A DNA stretch of 64,000 nucleotides from Barthelona sp. PCE (Eukaryota), in NCBI GenBank assembly GCA_040285745.1, contig JAUFOR010000003.1, positions 1,426,001 to 1,490,000 of the forward strand. Direction: 5' to 3'. A program made the translations under genes and the position numbers. Below the pieces are notes generated by a model that did not search any database, was not told the origin of the DNA, and was given only the letters and a program-made list of their open reading frames with translations. Below, in pieces: positions 10,885-22,093 of the stretch (position 1 is the first letter of the stretch; each line of letters begins with the position of its first letter).

Positions 10885-11502
10885 GTGATATTTATTGCTT
10901 TTTGTAAATAAACTAAGCTCATGTACATCTACGGACAATTATAAAATGTATATATATATATAGAAAAGGGTGTAATCTAACTTTACAAAAAGTTTTCTTT
11001 AAAACCACAATTATAAGGTTTCTAAGGATTTTGTTGTGTTTGTGACTGTATTTTACCATAGTATTTCCGAAAAAAAGATTTATTTACCATAAAATTGAAA
11101 AAAGTAGAAAGGATCAAATTGCTTAACTAGCTTTTTTTAATACTATACAAGTATCTTTACAATATCTTCCTAATCAAAATAAATTGAAATTATTAAGCAA
11201 AAAATACACTTGAAAATGGTTAAAAAACGAATAATTAAAATATTTAACCAACAAAAAGCAGTGAATTTGTTTACTTTTTGAGATTTTTTTATTTTTTTAA
11301 ATAATTAGGATGACGAATTGATATATGGTTATAAAAAGGTAATTGTCGACTTAAATGTATGAACAAACGTTAGAATAGTTGAATAAAAGGAAAAACAAAA
11401 ATATGCTCGTTTTACATTTGTCAATTCTCAGAGAATGCTTTAACTATCATGTTAATCTTGAAAATTGAAGATAATAATAGGAAATTCTCAATTAAGCATG
11501 AT

Positions 11503-11516
11503 ACCTGCATGCAGGT
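11503..11516. promoter_or_regulatory. Perfect 14-bp palindrome ACCTGCATGCAGGT (two inverted GCAGGT motifs)
   Basis: Lies 134 nt upstream of ATG 11650 in an AT-rich spacer; the same hexamer recurs in other spacers. Confidence 0.35.
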
Positions 11517-11649
11517 TAAGGAAGTTAGCCTTATATAGTAATGTATAGCATTGGGCACATATGAAATTAATGAAATACTCAACTAGAGTCGTTACAAACC
11601 TGATAAATGTTGTTGTTTACTTTTTTTTACTCTTTATCAACTCTTTACG

Positions 11650-14376
11650 ATGCTGAGCACAGGGGCTATTAAAGTATTGAAGACACCACTAAGACACCCA
11701 TCGACCCGTTGTGGGAGCCGGAATGCGTTCCTGAATCTAAGTTATCAGAAGCGCATCAGCGTTCTTTACTTGTTGAGCGGTCTAGGTCCTAAAGATATTA
11801 TTCTTCCATCGGGGTTGAGCAGTATTGTTGACGTTGATACTCTGTATATTGATATGGAAGGCATGGTTTCCGGTTTAGCGCATAAGCATAAACTTGATTT
11901 AAGTGATATTCCGTATGCTGACCACGAAACAACCCAGATCCAGCATACAATTTTATCCAGCTTCAAGCTACAATCTCCAGAAGCGACTCAGGAAGCATTA
12001 TCACCATTTTGTATTGAAAAACAGGAATTGATGGACTCACCGTGTATAGATGTTGAGAATTCGATGTTAGAAGTTGAAAATCCTCGTAAATCCGAGTTCA
12101 TAAAGAGAGATTTGTTAGTGTGCGGCTTTCAACATCTGTGGTTGACAATGATGCCTGTAGGGAAGGATGAGGCAAAAATAGAAAGCCTGAGTCAGGTCAG
12201 AGTCATGTTTTCTATCTCTCATTTGAAGTTTGGCTTTATGTCTCTTGTTTTTGATAAGATGAGGGGAGAGTTCGACGCTTTCAATGCAAAAACACTCATT
12301 CAGTTGCTCATATGTATCGTTGATTCATCTTCTCCGAACACCTCGATACAGTGGTGGACAAAACCGCTTTTGTTAATGATCCGTAGCTGTATAGATGCTG
12401 TTACAGGTGTTATTCCCAATATCTCTGAGATCGAAGACGGTCTTCGGCTCATCGAGGAGTGCATCTCGTTCAACGGTTTGACGCTTAATGAGAAGTTCAG
12501 GGAGCAGTTCTTACGTCTTTTCCCAGAAGATATGGCTGTACCTCGCAGTCTCATTGATGATATGTTCCACGCCTTTTACATGAGCTGTTTCAGCAAGGAC
12601 AGCAGCCCCATCAATGAGATGTTACTTGCTCTTGTCGAAGACCACACCGATTCTTTTCTTGGTGAGACTACGGTTCACCGTATAAATGAGCTGAAACTTT
12701 CGTGTGTTCTCGATTTTGTGCTAGTGAATCCATGTGACGCCATGGTACACTTTGCATGTGACATGGCAGAGTCGATCAACCTTAAAGAGATCAGGAACTG
12801 CGGGTCCCGTAACATCATTCGAGAATGGGTCACTAGCCAGCTGGTGGAGTTTAGATCCTATGATAAACCTGTCGCAGTCTGGGGCATGTGTCTTCAGCTG
12901 TTGAAGGATGTCATAGATGATGATTTTGAGTTGGTGATGGAGGCCAAGTACCAAGCTCAGATTTTGTCCAATTCAGAATTTGAAGACGTAGACCCGTTCC
13001 AGCAGCTCGAGAACGTGGCAAGGGCTTTCATGCGTGACGTCGACGTTGCCAACGAGTTGTTGAACAACGATCGTGGCAAGCGAATTCTGTTTTTACTGAA
13101 GAAGGCATGGGTTACAATCATCAACAAATACTTTAATAGTTTTATTGACGCTAGCATTGGTATTGACGACCGATTGTTCGCGTTGTATCCACACAACGTG
13201 AAATCAATGAATGCTTATCTCCCGGAGGAGCTGGCCATCGATATAACTGAAGTTTTTGATAGTGTCATTGAGAGGAAGTTAGTCAGTGAAGTTGGCGAGC
13301 TCAGCGCTAAGATGAAGATTATCGTCAAGGACGACAGCCCAGTACCCAGTGCTTCATATACATCCACATATACTCAGTTTCAGCGGTTCTTTAACTCCCG
13401 TGTCAGCCCCTTCTTTGATCCTTCCTATGATGTTTCTATTTCGCATCATATGCTTGTTACACTCACATACTACATGCAGAACTGCGCCATGGTTATTACT
13501 GCACACTACAAGCCGGAGAACCTGAAGCCAACAGCTTTACTTAATTTATCTGTCTCGCCGCATCCGTTTATGCCCCATCCAGTGATCCAGAGGATGCACG
13601 AGATCGGGTGCATGGGAGGGACTCCTGCTATCCAGACGCAGGTGAGCACTATTACAACAGAGGAGCTAATATTGAAGATTAACACATTGACTGAGCTCAG
13701 GAATTACTTCATCACGGCTTTTGGCAAGGTTTATGATTTTGCTATGCGCCATGAGATGGCGGACATTGCTATGCAGATCTCTCGTATCAACCTCAGCGTC
13801 CAGGACAAGGTGACGAATGCTATAAAGCAGCTCATCAGTTTTGCAGCTTGTTCATTTGTGCACCACGACTTCCGCTTTCAGTTACAGCCGTTGTACATCC
13901 CTGATCTAGGCAATGGCATCTTTATGGATGGAGTTTTTGAAGATATGTGTGAGCTCCACTCTAGGACGTTCCAGAACATCTACCACTTGCATCTTAGAGA
14001 AATCAATGGCGCGACGCTTGAGTGGTTGCTTTATTTCATCAAACATAAGATATTAGGTGATATCCAAGTCAAACACACACCAGATTTCATTTCTGTTCCC
14101 ATCGAGGACATTCATAACATTTGCAAGGAATTCAAGACGATGTCAAACCCGGACAGATGCGCTGAGCTCGAGAAACAGTACACAATGGAGATTGGTCGAG
14201 TTCTTAACGTACAGACTGATGATTTGTTACACAGTTTGGAGCAGCAACGCAAGAAACGTCTGGACATGACGTTTGAGGAGCAGCTTAGAGCTCTATGTGT
14301 GTTGCATCATCGTCAGTTTGACGAAAAAATCACCAAAAAGTTTAACCTTTACTTAAAGGAGCTAAACATGCGTTAA
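11650..14376 (+). CDS. Probable Munc13-homology (PATROL1/DUF810-like) tethering protein
   Basis: 908-aa helical ORF. TEELILKINTL, FVHHDFR..LYIP and terminal LRALCVLHHR resemble motifs I recall from PATROL1/Munc13-like proteins. Confidence 0.5.
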   Translation: MLSTGAIKVLKTPLRHPSTRCGSRNAFLNLSYQKRISVLYLLSGLGPKDIILPSGLSSIVDVDTLYIDMEGMVSGLAHKHKLDLSDIPYADHETTQIQHTILSSFKLQSPEATQEALSPFCIEKQELMDSPCIDVENSMLEVENPRKSEFIKRDLLVCGFQHLWLTMMPVGKDEAKIESLSQVRVMFSISHLKFGFMSLVFDKMRGEFDAFNAKTLIQLLICIVDSSSPNTSIQWWTKPLLLMIRSCIDAVTGVIPNISEIEDGLRLIEECISFNGLTLNEKFREQFLRLFPEDMAVPRSLIDDMFHAFYMSCFSKDSSPINEMLLALVEDHTDSFLGETTVHRINELKLSCVLDFVLVNPCDAMVHFACDMAESINLKEIRNCGSRNIIREWVTSQLVEFRSYDKPVAVWGMCLQLLKDVIDDDFELVMEAKYQAQILSNSEFEDVDPFQQLENVARAFMRDVDVANELLNNDRGKRILFLLKKAWVTIINKYFNSFIDASIGIDDRLFALYPHNVKSMNAYLPEELAIDITEVFDSVIERKLVSEVGELSAKMKIIVKDDSPVPSASYTSTYTQFQRFFNSRVSPFFDPSYDVSISHHMLVTLTYYMQNCAMVITAHYKPENLKPTALLNLSVSPHPFMPHPVIQRMHEIGCMGGTPAIQTQVSTITTEELILKINTLTELRNYFITAFGKVYDFAMRHEMADIAMQISRINLSVQDKVTNAIKQLISFAACSFVHHDFRFQLQPLYIPDLGNGIFMDGVFEDMCELHSRTFQNIYHLHLREINGATLEWLLYFIKHKILGDIQVKHTPDFISVPIEDIHNICKEFKTMSNPDRCAELEKQYTMEIGRVLNVQTDDLLHSLEQQRKKRLDMTFEEQLRALCVLHHRQFDEKITKKFNLYLKELNMR

Positions 14377-14389
14377 ATGTAAATAGATT

Positions 14390-16879
14390 CTATTCCCTAC
14401 GCATGTACATAAGGACGTAGGCGGCAGAACCAGAGACTGAGTTCAAATCACATGAGCGGACGTGAGAGTCGTCGCAGTAAAACCAGGATCTGTTCACAGC
14501 ATGCTTAACAGCAGCAGTGTAATGGCCTCCTCCCAGACTGCCATGGTGCAGAGAAACAGCGTATAACTCATACACAGTGGATTGTTGTGGGTGCTCAACG
14601 AAAGGGGCAATATCAATAACCTCTGGGAAGTCGATGTCGGTATCTACTCGATGATAGCGTGAGCTGTTAGCACCAAAGCGTTTAAGCTGGATAGTGAGCA
14701 TCTTGGGTGCACTCCAGAGCTTAGTCATCTTAACAGGTGAAACTCGTTGTTTGCAGTGCGGGCACTTCCATGTTTCATCAGTGTCTAAGCACTCTGGCGT
14801 TGACAGCTCTTCGAAACAGTTACGCAGGCTGATACCTTTTGTTCCAAGGCTCTCTAAAACAGAGTTATCCTTACGGACACCGTTCAGATCCCGTGTCAGG
14901 GCAGTTGTTAGTGTAGAAACAGAATCGCTGCCAATTTCAGCAACAAAATAATCGGTATTGTACCCAGTAACATGTTTAATACCCAATATGTCCACACCAT
15001 GAATCTCAATTATCGGATCAATGATGTCAGAGATAGTTGCAGGGTTAATCTCATCGCGCTGACCTGTATAGCTGATGAATACTGGGGCAACACTCAGTTT
15101 ATCGTATGATGTACGGCCGTATGAAGAGCGGGATCGCTTGCCAAAATGCACAGCTAAAACTTTGTGCTGTGGACTGGCTGTGCTACTGTTCGCAGTCTCA
15201 AACGCCAACAGCTTAGAATCGGCAGGGCGAGAGTAGTAAGAGCGGGCGGCCTCCACACGTTCATTACTGTCGATGACCTTGAACTCAACGGATGACTTGC
15301 CTCTGTTAGGAGAGCGGTTGCTGTATGATGAGTAACTTGAAGTGTAGTTGTATGTGTAAGAGCGTTTCTGTGACATACGGGCAAGGCCGAACATCGACGT
15401 GTTGATACCAAGCTTCTCGGCTATAACCCTTTTGAGTGAGCTTCCCACAATATCGCTTGATCCAACAAAGCCAAACTCAACAGGTTCGCCATCTCTAGGA
15501 ACAAAAACAACGCGGAAAACCTTCTTTGGTGAAGGAATAGGGAGTGAAAGGACCATAAACGGGTCGAAAGTGTGACTCTCACCGTTGCAGTTTGTGCATT
15601 TGAGGCTACCATAGTATTGGCCCTGTATGTCGGCCATTATTGGGTGCCTGATCTGCGATTGGTGCGCTTCCCAGTACAGCCTAGCGTGTTCATCCCTTGT
15701 TTTGCAGAGTTCAGGGACTTCCACATATGTCTTTTTCTTATTCTGGTTCATGTCCTCTAATAGGCCATCAAGAGTTGACAGGATGAGTTCGTGTGAGTCC
15801 TCCTGGGCAAAACCACGGAACCGGGGATTGAACCTCTGAATTGCTTGTTTAAAGTCTCGTGGAGCAATACTTCTGAACTTTCCAGACCATGCGTTCTCTA
15901 TGAGCTCACCGAAACCACGGGCGACATGACCTCCTGTACCATCCTTGTTTTTCTTGTTAATCATGGACCTCCAGCTTGTTGATAAGAAAAACTCAATGAG
16001 TGGAGGTGAGGAGAGCAGACATTGCAGTCCACTGTTCATAAAACAAGTGTTTCCCATGTTGTTTAGGCCAACCACACCGGCACCTTTCTTGCTCGAAAGT
16101 ATTTCAACCAGTTGTAATGGCAAAACTTGTGATTCACCGACTTGGGCCATTGTGATGGCTCCTGGTTCAGGTTCATCTGTTTCAGACTCGGACTCAGTCT
16201 CTGCTGGAAAGCTTTCGATTGAGCCGAAGATATCGTTGTTCTGCTGACTATTGGCTTCTGTATCATGATATGATACATGTTTTGCATATCCACGCAGCGG
16301 GTTTGAACCTGTGTTCTTACGAAGTGACTTGACAATGATGCGGCAGAACTGTTTGGGGATAATACTGAATATGCTACGATTACCATCAAGCTTGATGGTA
16401 GATCCATCATTGGAGTAATAAAGGCTACATACGTCCTTATCGTAGCCCATAGACCCCTCGAAGCGCTCCAGGACGGTGTTGGCAGTCTCATCAGAGAAAA
16501 CTAAGCCATAAACAATCTTCATCTCGTCTGTTATGCAAATTGGAATTGCTGGAACCCAGCGATGATTAACACCTGCTCCAATGCGCTTAACGTGAATTGG
16601 GGTTGATAGCTTGTTCTTAAAATGATCTTCAAGAGTCTTCCACACCTTTTCACTTACAAAAACTGCGTCAACATTCTTTTCGACTGTTGACATTAAGATC
16701 CAGACCTTGCTTCTATCCTGGAACTCAAACGGCTCACTGATATCTGTGTTATCGATAGGATTGTTGGTGATGGATGTGGTTAATGAATTAAGCCATGTGT
16801 TAGAGATTGCGTATCTGATTTCTCCGTTTGTACCCTCGTCATCGAGCTGGATTAGCGAGTTTACGTATTGAAAATCCAT
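14390..16879 (-). CDS. Ubiquitin-specific protease with N-terminal DUSP domain (USP4/11/15-like)
   Basis: Cys box GLNNMGNTCFMNS, QEDSHE, split CxxC pairs, His box HHGSLGGGHYTA; DUSP-like YAISNTW...PIDN. First ATG is at 16879. Confidence 0.9.
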   Translation of the reverse strand: MDFQYVNSLIQLDDEGTNGEIRYAISNTWLNSLTTSITNNPIDNTDISEPFEFQDRSKVWILMSTVEKNVDAVFVSEKVWKTLEDHFKNKLSTPIHVKRIGAGVNHRWVPAIPICITDEMKIVYGLVFSDETANTVLERFEGSMGYDKDVCSLYYSNDGSTIKLDGNRSIFSIIPKQFCRIIVKSLRKNTGSNPLRGYAKHVSYHDTEANSQQNNDIFGSIESFPAETESESETDEPEPGAITMAQVGESQVLPLQLVEILSSKKGAGVVGLNNMGNTCFMNSGLQCLLSSPPLIEFFLSTSWRSMINKKNKDGTGGHVARGFGELIENAWSGKFRSIAPRDFKQAIQRFNPRFRGFAQEDSHELILSTLDGLLEDMNQNKKKTYVEVPELCKTRDEHARLYWEAHQSQIRHPIMADIQGQYYGSLKCTNCNGESHTFDPFMVLSLPIPSPKKVFRVVFVPRDGEPVEFGFVGSSDIVGSSLKRVIAEKLGINTSMFGLARMSQKRSYTYNYTSSYSSYSNRSPNRGKSSVEFKVIDSNERVEAARSYYSRPADSKLLAFETANSSTASPQHKVLAVHFGKRSRSSYGRTSYDKLSVAPVFISYTGQRDEINPATISDIIDPIIEIHGVDILGIKHVTGYNTDYFVAEIGSDSVSTLTTALTRDLNGVRKDNSVLESLGTKGISLRNCFEELSTPECLDTDETWKCPHCKQRVSPVKMTKLWSAPKMLTIQLKRFGANSSRYHRVDTDIDFPEVIDIAPFVEHPQQSTVYELYAVSLHHGSLGGGHYTAAVKHAVNRSWFYCDDSHVRSCDLNSVSGSAAYVLMYMRRE

Positions 16880-17065
16880 AACTTTGAGAAGTGAAAGATG
16901 GAAAATGTGTAAAAACGGGGTTAACATCTTTTGTTTTGGCTGAATATCCTCCAGCAATCATCCTTACCACAAATAGAAAAGTAATTCAAGTATACTGATG
17001 CTTTGATAGAGATTTTTTTTTACTGCACAGTTTTAACGTTAAGAATTTGTTTAGTAATGTAAAAC

Positions 17066-20000
17066 ATGGTTGAAAAACAACCTTTTCGAAGATATAGCTT
17101 TGTGTCTGAATGCTTTTCTGTCTATTTTTTTACTCACCTTTTCTTACCTTTTGCGTTATTTTTGATGTTCACAAGTGAACCAAATCAATCACCGTATATC
17201 AATGAGCTGAAGCATGAATTTAAAATCCCTGTCTCCCGTTTGATTTTAGCGTCAAGCCTCAAGGATAGCTTTGTTTTCTCTAACAAACGCTTCAATCTAA
17301 CAGTTTCTTCACGTATGGTCCCCAACCATCTTTCTTTCTTTGTTGAGGCTGATTTTGATATTGCTCCAACTGAACGGTTTGAGACCAATCTTAATCTTGG
17401 TCTTTTCAATTATGTTGGTCGCGAATACATTGAAATACCCTTACGTCTGGAGTTTCATTCCGAAAAGAAGTCTATTGGTGTTCCTTTTTTCATTCCACTA
17501 GATGATATTTATCATGAAACTGTTAAAGGCAGAAAGGAGCAAATGTTCAGCAGGCTGTCAAGCGAGAAGAACCCTGGAAAGTTTGTTTCTTCCAATTTGG
17601 AGAAATTTTTCACATTAAAGGAGAAGTACATTCGTGACGGTTCAATTTATGTTCGTGCACGTCTTTTTGACACAACAAAACCCCGTTACAACAACCCCAC
17701 TGTCCCTGAAATGCTCGAATACATCGAGAACATGCCAGAGAAGCTTCCTTTAGGCGTGGGTAATCAAGGTGCTACTTGTTACCTTAATTCGATGGTTCAG
17801 ACTCTTTACCACGTTGAATCCTTCAAGGACGTTATCGAAGATGCTAACATCGATCCCAACGCGTGGGGCATGTCACGCAGACCAGTTGTTTTGGAACTGC
17901 GTCGTCTTTTTAAGTGGCTTGATCGTGGATTTTGTGCAGCAGATACCCGTGGACTCACAAGTTCTTTCGGTTGGTCAGGCGAAGTCAACGTACAGCACGA
18001 TGTACAAGAGTTCTTTACTGTCTTGATGGGAAAACTCCAGGAGCATTACATGAATGTAGCAAAGGCGAAGCTCGATGAGTTAGTTGAGCCTTCATTCCAA
18101 GAAATCGAGAACATCGTGCGCAACAACGTGTTCTCATCACCCGTTGATGATTTGTTCGAGGGTTCATTCTGTTCATATTTGCAATGTTGTGACCCTGATG
18201 TACCTTTTTTTAGCGCCAACCTCGACAAGTTCCGTTCAGTATCTGTTCCTGTCAAGGGTTGCTCTTCTTTAAAGGACTCACTGCGTGCAATCAGCAAACC
18301 AGAGGTGTTAGATGGTGAAAACCAGTATGATACGGAAGACTACGGTCTTCAGGACGTTTATAAAGGACAGCTGTTCCATAAGCTTCCGGGAGTTCTCATG
18401 TTCCACCTGCAGCGTATCGCATATGACTGGAGGGCTGACACAATCACAAAGGATCGTTCCGAGCTCAAGTTTGACGAAGAGATCGACATGAAGCCTTTTG
18501 TCTTATCGCGAAAGAACGGTAGAATCATTGAGCTATGTGAGCGCCACGACGTTCGTAAGAAGCTTAATAAGTTGGATGAAGTTTCACAGCACGATCACAG
18601 ATTTTCAAAGGAATATTTCATTGAGAACGGTTATCCGGACCGTAACCCAGATTATTCGGACGTTAAGACGTTCAGCGGTGAGCCACCAATCGTTAACAAG
18701 TGCACCAAGTACAAACTGGCCGCAGTTATTGTCCATTATGGTGACGTAGATTCAGGACATTATTATTGCTACTGTTCCCCGCTCAACGATCCTAACGGTC
18801 AATGGATGCGCTTTAACGACAGCCGAGTGACTCCTGTGTCCAGATACGAGGCGATGGAGTGCAACTTTGGAGGTAATAACACTTGTGGTCCCCGTGGTGA
18901 GGCATACATGCTCGCTTACATCCGCAAGGATCTTCTCGAAGCAAAAGGTGCGGAGGAAGAGGTGTACACACCAGGAGACCCCATTGCCACGACGATAGAT
19001 GAGGTTGATCATTACAGAATGATGGATTTCATGTACAACAAGAAGACCACCCCCAGTTTCAACGTCCAAGTGATGCAACATCCTGAGGGCGACTATACTC
19101 GAGGGTTGCCGCCGAAGAAAGTCGTGCAATCGTTCAAGCGCTTTGGTGACATGACGATCAGTGATGCTCTGACCGTTGACAAGCAGAACTTGATGCTCAA
19201 GTCAATTTATGACAATTGGCTCGCTTCATACGAATTGCTGACGACGGTTGCCGGGGATCCGCAGCAGTTCGAGTCAATGAAACCACTTTCCGAGCTCAAG
19301 ATTGAGAACATTGCTCATCATAGCATTGTCAAGGAGGGTGACGAGGTTGAGCCCACCGAAATCCTCACTAAAGACCTTGTTTTGTACGGAACAAAGCCGC
19401 TGGCCATCGTCCAGCAGTCGAATTCCCTCGAGTCATGCGCTAAACTTGCCGAGATGCAGAACCGCCTTGCCAACGATTTTGACGAGCTACGGTTCGTCCC
19501 CTCTTCCATTGAGGCATCCCAGGACCCCCGTGTCCACCAGTGGCGCTCGCCGATGAGAAGTGTTGCCGGAAATATAAGGTTGATGTCCACAACTGTGCTC
19601 AACCCAGAATGTTCATCCTTCACTGAATTGGTGCCCATCAAGAAATTCATGGATCAGGTCAGTTTTGTTGGTTACATCGCGGTTAACGTCAACATTCCAA
19701 TCAAACAGCAAATATCACAATCAAAGCATGTTTCCGATGGAATCACAGTTTTTGTTGAGGGTGGTCCTTCAATCGATGATGATTACATGCACGTCCCGTT
19801 CAAGAACACAATTTATGTCATCACAGCGTATCCAAGTCAATATATTCAAGAGATTGAACATCGTAACAGTCATGTTAGTTTGGAATTGCATGATTACGCT
19901 GAGCATACTAAGGTATTAGGAGATATCCGCATTCCCCGCACGGACAACTACGAACAGCTCTCCAGTAGGGTAGCAGAGATCGTCAATGTTCCCTCGGATC

Positions 20001-20893
20001 AGGTGCGCATGTACCCACACTTTGCCATTAACAATGGTCCCTCAACTCATCCTCTTTCACACGAGAAGGAGATCACTGTTAAGAAATGGTGGTGGACAAG
20101 CACTGCAATGGTGCCCACTTCTGTTGATGAACTGTTCCCTCCTCGTAAATCAATGGAGAACAAGCCTGTCATACTTTATGTTCGCGCTTCGGATATTCGT
20201 ATCAGTGACCAGTCACAGTTTATTAATCAGAGATTCATCATTGTTACTGACTCGCTCACGAACAAGGATCTGAAGCCTGCAGAACGTCATCGAATGATGA
20301 TTCCCGTTTTAGATTATGCGTATGAGATTAAGAAGGAGTTTCACGGAAACGTTGCGATCGAATCAGTCGTTGAGGCTATCAAACATGAGTATGAGCTTCC
20401 AGGTACGTTCACGGCATACAGTAGTTATATTGGTGGCAAGCTTCTCAAGAAGCAGCTTGATCCATCTTTGAAGCTAGTTGGTGTTGGTAATGATCTTTAT
20501 CAACCAATTGTACTCATTAACAAATCTGAACGCCCCAACATGGACAACTTCATTTGGACCGAGTTTTCGTTCTGCCGCATGGTGCTCTCCGACCGCGGGC
20601 TTGCCGTCGGTCACATTGGTCATCCATTTTTCTGCTGGGTGCCCCGTGATTATGATGTACTTAACTTTAAGCTATTCTTGGCTGCCCACTTTAATGTAAC
20701 AACAGCTTTGTTTGAGAATTGTCGTTTTGCAAAGCTGAGTAGATCTACGTATCAGAAGGAGTCTTGTTGGATTGATCAAGAGAGTAAGCCAATCACTTCC
20801 GTCTATAATGGAAAGCCTAATCAAATGATCGGCGTTGTTGTTTCATTTGAGAATTTATTCCAACATAACGCCGAATCCCTTGTCATTTACTAG
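17066..20893 (+). CDS. USP7/Ubp15-like ubiquitin-specific protease (MATH-like, USP, UBL-like regions); start may be ATG 17165
   Basis: GVGNQGATCYLNS, LTSSFGW, QHDVQE, LDGENQY, VHYGDVDSGHYY, AYMLAYIR. Confidence 0.88.
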   Translation: MVEKQPFRRYSFVSECFSVYFFTHLFLPFALFLMFTSEPNQSPYINELKHEFKIPVSRLILASSLKDSFVFSNKRFNLTVSSRMVPNHLSFFVEADFDIAPTERFETNLNLGLFNYVGREYIEIPLRLEFHSEKKSIGVPFFIPLDDIYHETVKGRKEQMFSRLSSEKNPGKFVSSNLEKFFTLKEKYIRDGSIYVRARLFDTTKPRYNNPTVPEMLEYIENMPEKLPLGVGNQGATCYLNSMVQTLYHVESFKDVIEDANIDPNAWGMSRRPVVLELRRLFKWLDRGFCAADTRGLTSSFGWSGEVNVQHDVQEFFTVLMGKLQEHYMNVAKAKLDELVEPSFQEIENIVRNNVFSSPVDDLFEGSFCSYLQCCDPDVPFFSANLDKFRSVSVPVKGCSSLKDSLRAISKPEVLDGENQYDTEDYGLQDVYKGQLFHKLPGVLMFHLQRIAYDWRADTITKDRSELKFDEEIDMKPFVLSRKNGRIIELCERHDVRKKLNKLDEVSQHDHRFSKEYFIENGYPDRNPDYSDVKTFSGEPPIVNKCTKYKLAAVIVHYGDVDSGHYYCYCSPLNDPNGQWMRFNDSRVTPVSRYEAMECNFGGNNTCGPRGEAYMLAYIRKDLLEAKGAEEEVYTPGDPIATTIDEVDHYRMMDFMYNKKTTPSFNVQVMQHPEGDYTRGLPPKKVVQSFKRFGDMTISDALTVDKQNLMLKSIYDNWLASYELLTTVAGDPQQFESMKPLSELKIENIAHHSIVKEGDEVEPTEILTKDLVLYGTKPLAIVQQSNSLESCAKLAEMQNRLANDFDELRFVPSSIEASQDPRVHQWRSPMRSVAGNIRLMSTTVLNPECSSFTELVPIKKFMDQVSFVGYIAVNVNIPIKQQISQSKHVSDGITVFVEGGPSIDDDYMHVPFKNTIYVITAYPSQYIQEIEHRNSHVSLELHDYAEHTKVLGDIRIPRTDNYEQLSSRVAEIVNVPSDQVRMYPHFAINNGPSTHPLSHEKEITVKKWWWTSTAMVPTSVDELFPPRKSMENKPVILYVRASDIRISDQSQFINQRFIIVTDSLTNKDLKPAERHRMMIPVLDYAYEIKKEFHGNVAIESVVEAIKHEYELPGTFTAYSSYIGGKLLKKQLDPSLKLVGVGNDLYQPIVLINKSERPNMDNFIWTEFSFCRMVLSDRGLAVGHIGHPFFCWVPRDYDVLNFKLFLAAHFNVTTALFENCRFAKLSRSTYQKESCWIDQESKPITSVYNGKPNQMIGVVVSFENLFQHNAESLVIY

Positions 20894-20902
20894 TAAAATT
20901 GT

Positions 20903-22093
20903 CTATTTAACAAGTTCAAATAGATTAGGGCGAGAACTAACTCTCACAGAGTGAAGTGGTGCATGCGACAAGGAGCTCTGTGCCTCAAGGAATGCACTGT
21001 TCCATCTGTTTCTGAGCGACAGATCGGATGCGGAGGGAAGGGTTTGAAGTAACTCACTGAAACGTTCATTGGCATCAACCATTGATGATTGGACCTCTAC
21101 AACAGGGAAACATGATGATATGTCCACCATTGCTGCCAACACAATGGTTCCATCTTCAGTACCGTACAATAGAAATGTTTCATCAGGGTATTCAGCATTG
21201 GAAGTAATAATACAGTTATCGTTTGACAACTCCTGTCGTAAACTCTCTGCAAACGATACGTTTGTGATCATCTCATCGACATCTAGATCTTGTAGGAGTG
21301 ATTTCACATAATAATATGGAGCGGTTAGTACTTCAAGAGTAACTGCTGTTTTTGGGATTTTTTCCACCATAACCAACTTATCTGAAAGCTTTAAAGGGCG
21401 GCATATTATGTGCCCGATAGCCATAGAGTCAGTGGTTCGAGTTCTAGATAAGGATTTCTGACATACAGCAGTACTTTCTCTGTTACAACACATGCACACC
21501 TTTTTTATGGGTGGTTGGGGGAGAATTATTGGGTAAAGGTCTGCCTTTAGCTTCAATTCAGTGTTAAACATAGAGAAAACTATCCTTCTCTTTAATAAGC
21601 GCTGCATCTCACTTCGAAACAGTGTTTCAAAGTGGTCTACACTGGATATGACGTGGCAGGCACGACCGTAGCGTTCTACCTCATCAACAGCAGCATTTCT
21701 ATCAATAAAATCTTCTATCAATTCATCGCCCGGCATCTGCGCGATAAACACAGTTATTGAAGATTTTGAAGAAAGAATTATGTCTCTCACAGCCTGAACT
21801 GTGGTTCCAAGACAGCCAAACATAATTAAAAATACTGTAGACTGTGTTTTAAATGAGCCAAGCAAAAAATTCTCGAATTGTGGTATGTCGTCTAATAAAT
21901 TGAGCAGTCCCAGGCTTTCACCAGGAAGACCGAATGACTGCTTACCATAAATAAAGAAAAACTGTTCAAAGAAACTTGAATCAGAAAAAAATAAACTCAA
22001 ATGCACCACACGTTCAAAATAGCCCTTAAAAACACCCCTCGAGTCACGATTTCCGCTGCTTTGACCCACAAAAACTGATACCCTCGTATTCAT
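20903..22093 (-). CDS. Probable M1AP (meiosis 1 associated protein)-like protein
   Basis: LKLKADL, KLVMVEKI and LDVDEMITNVSFAESLRQEL resemble, in the same order, segments I recall from human M1AP (LCLKCDL, KLQVIKAL, LDWDELETNQQHFHALCHSL). Confidence 0.5.
   Translation of the reverse strand: MNTRVSVFVGQSSGNRDSRGVFKGYFERVVHLSLFFSDSSFFEQFFFIYGKQSFGLPGESLGLLNLLDDIPQFENFLLGSFKTQSTVFLIMFGCLGTTVQAVRDIILSSKSSITVFIAQMPGDELIEDFIDRNAAVDEVERYGRACHVISSVDHFETLFRSEMQRLLKRRIVFSMFNTELKLKADLYPIILPQPPIKKVCMCCNRESTAVCQKSLSRTRTTDSMAIGHIICRPLKLSDKLVMVEKIPKTAVTLEVLTAPYYYVKSLLQDLDVDEMITNVSFAESLRQELSNDNCIITSNAEYPDETFLLYGTEDGTIVLAAMVDISSCFPVVEVQSSMVDANERFSELLQTLPSASDLSLRNRWNSAFLEAQSSLSHAPLHSVRVSSRPNLFELVK

Noticed and set aside
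10881-11650. GTAAGT at the end of ORF 9613..10884 as a donor joining it to ORF 11650, or as half of a trans-spliced intron
   Set aside because: The donor differs from the GTATG used here, no CTAACNNNTAG acceptor lies downstream, and a poly(A)-like TGTAAATAAA follows the stop.
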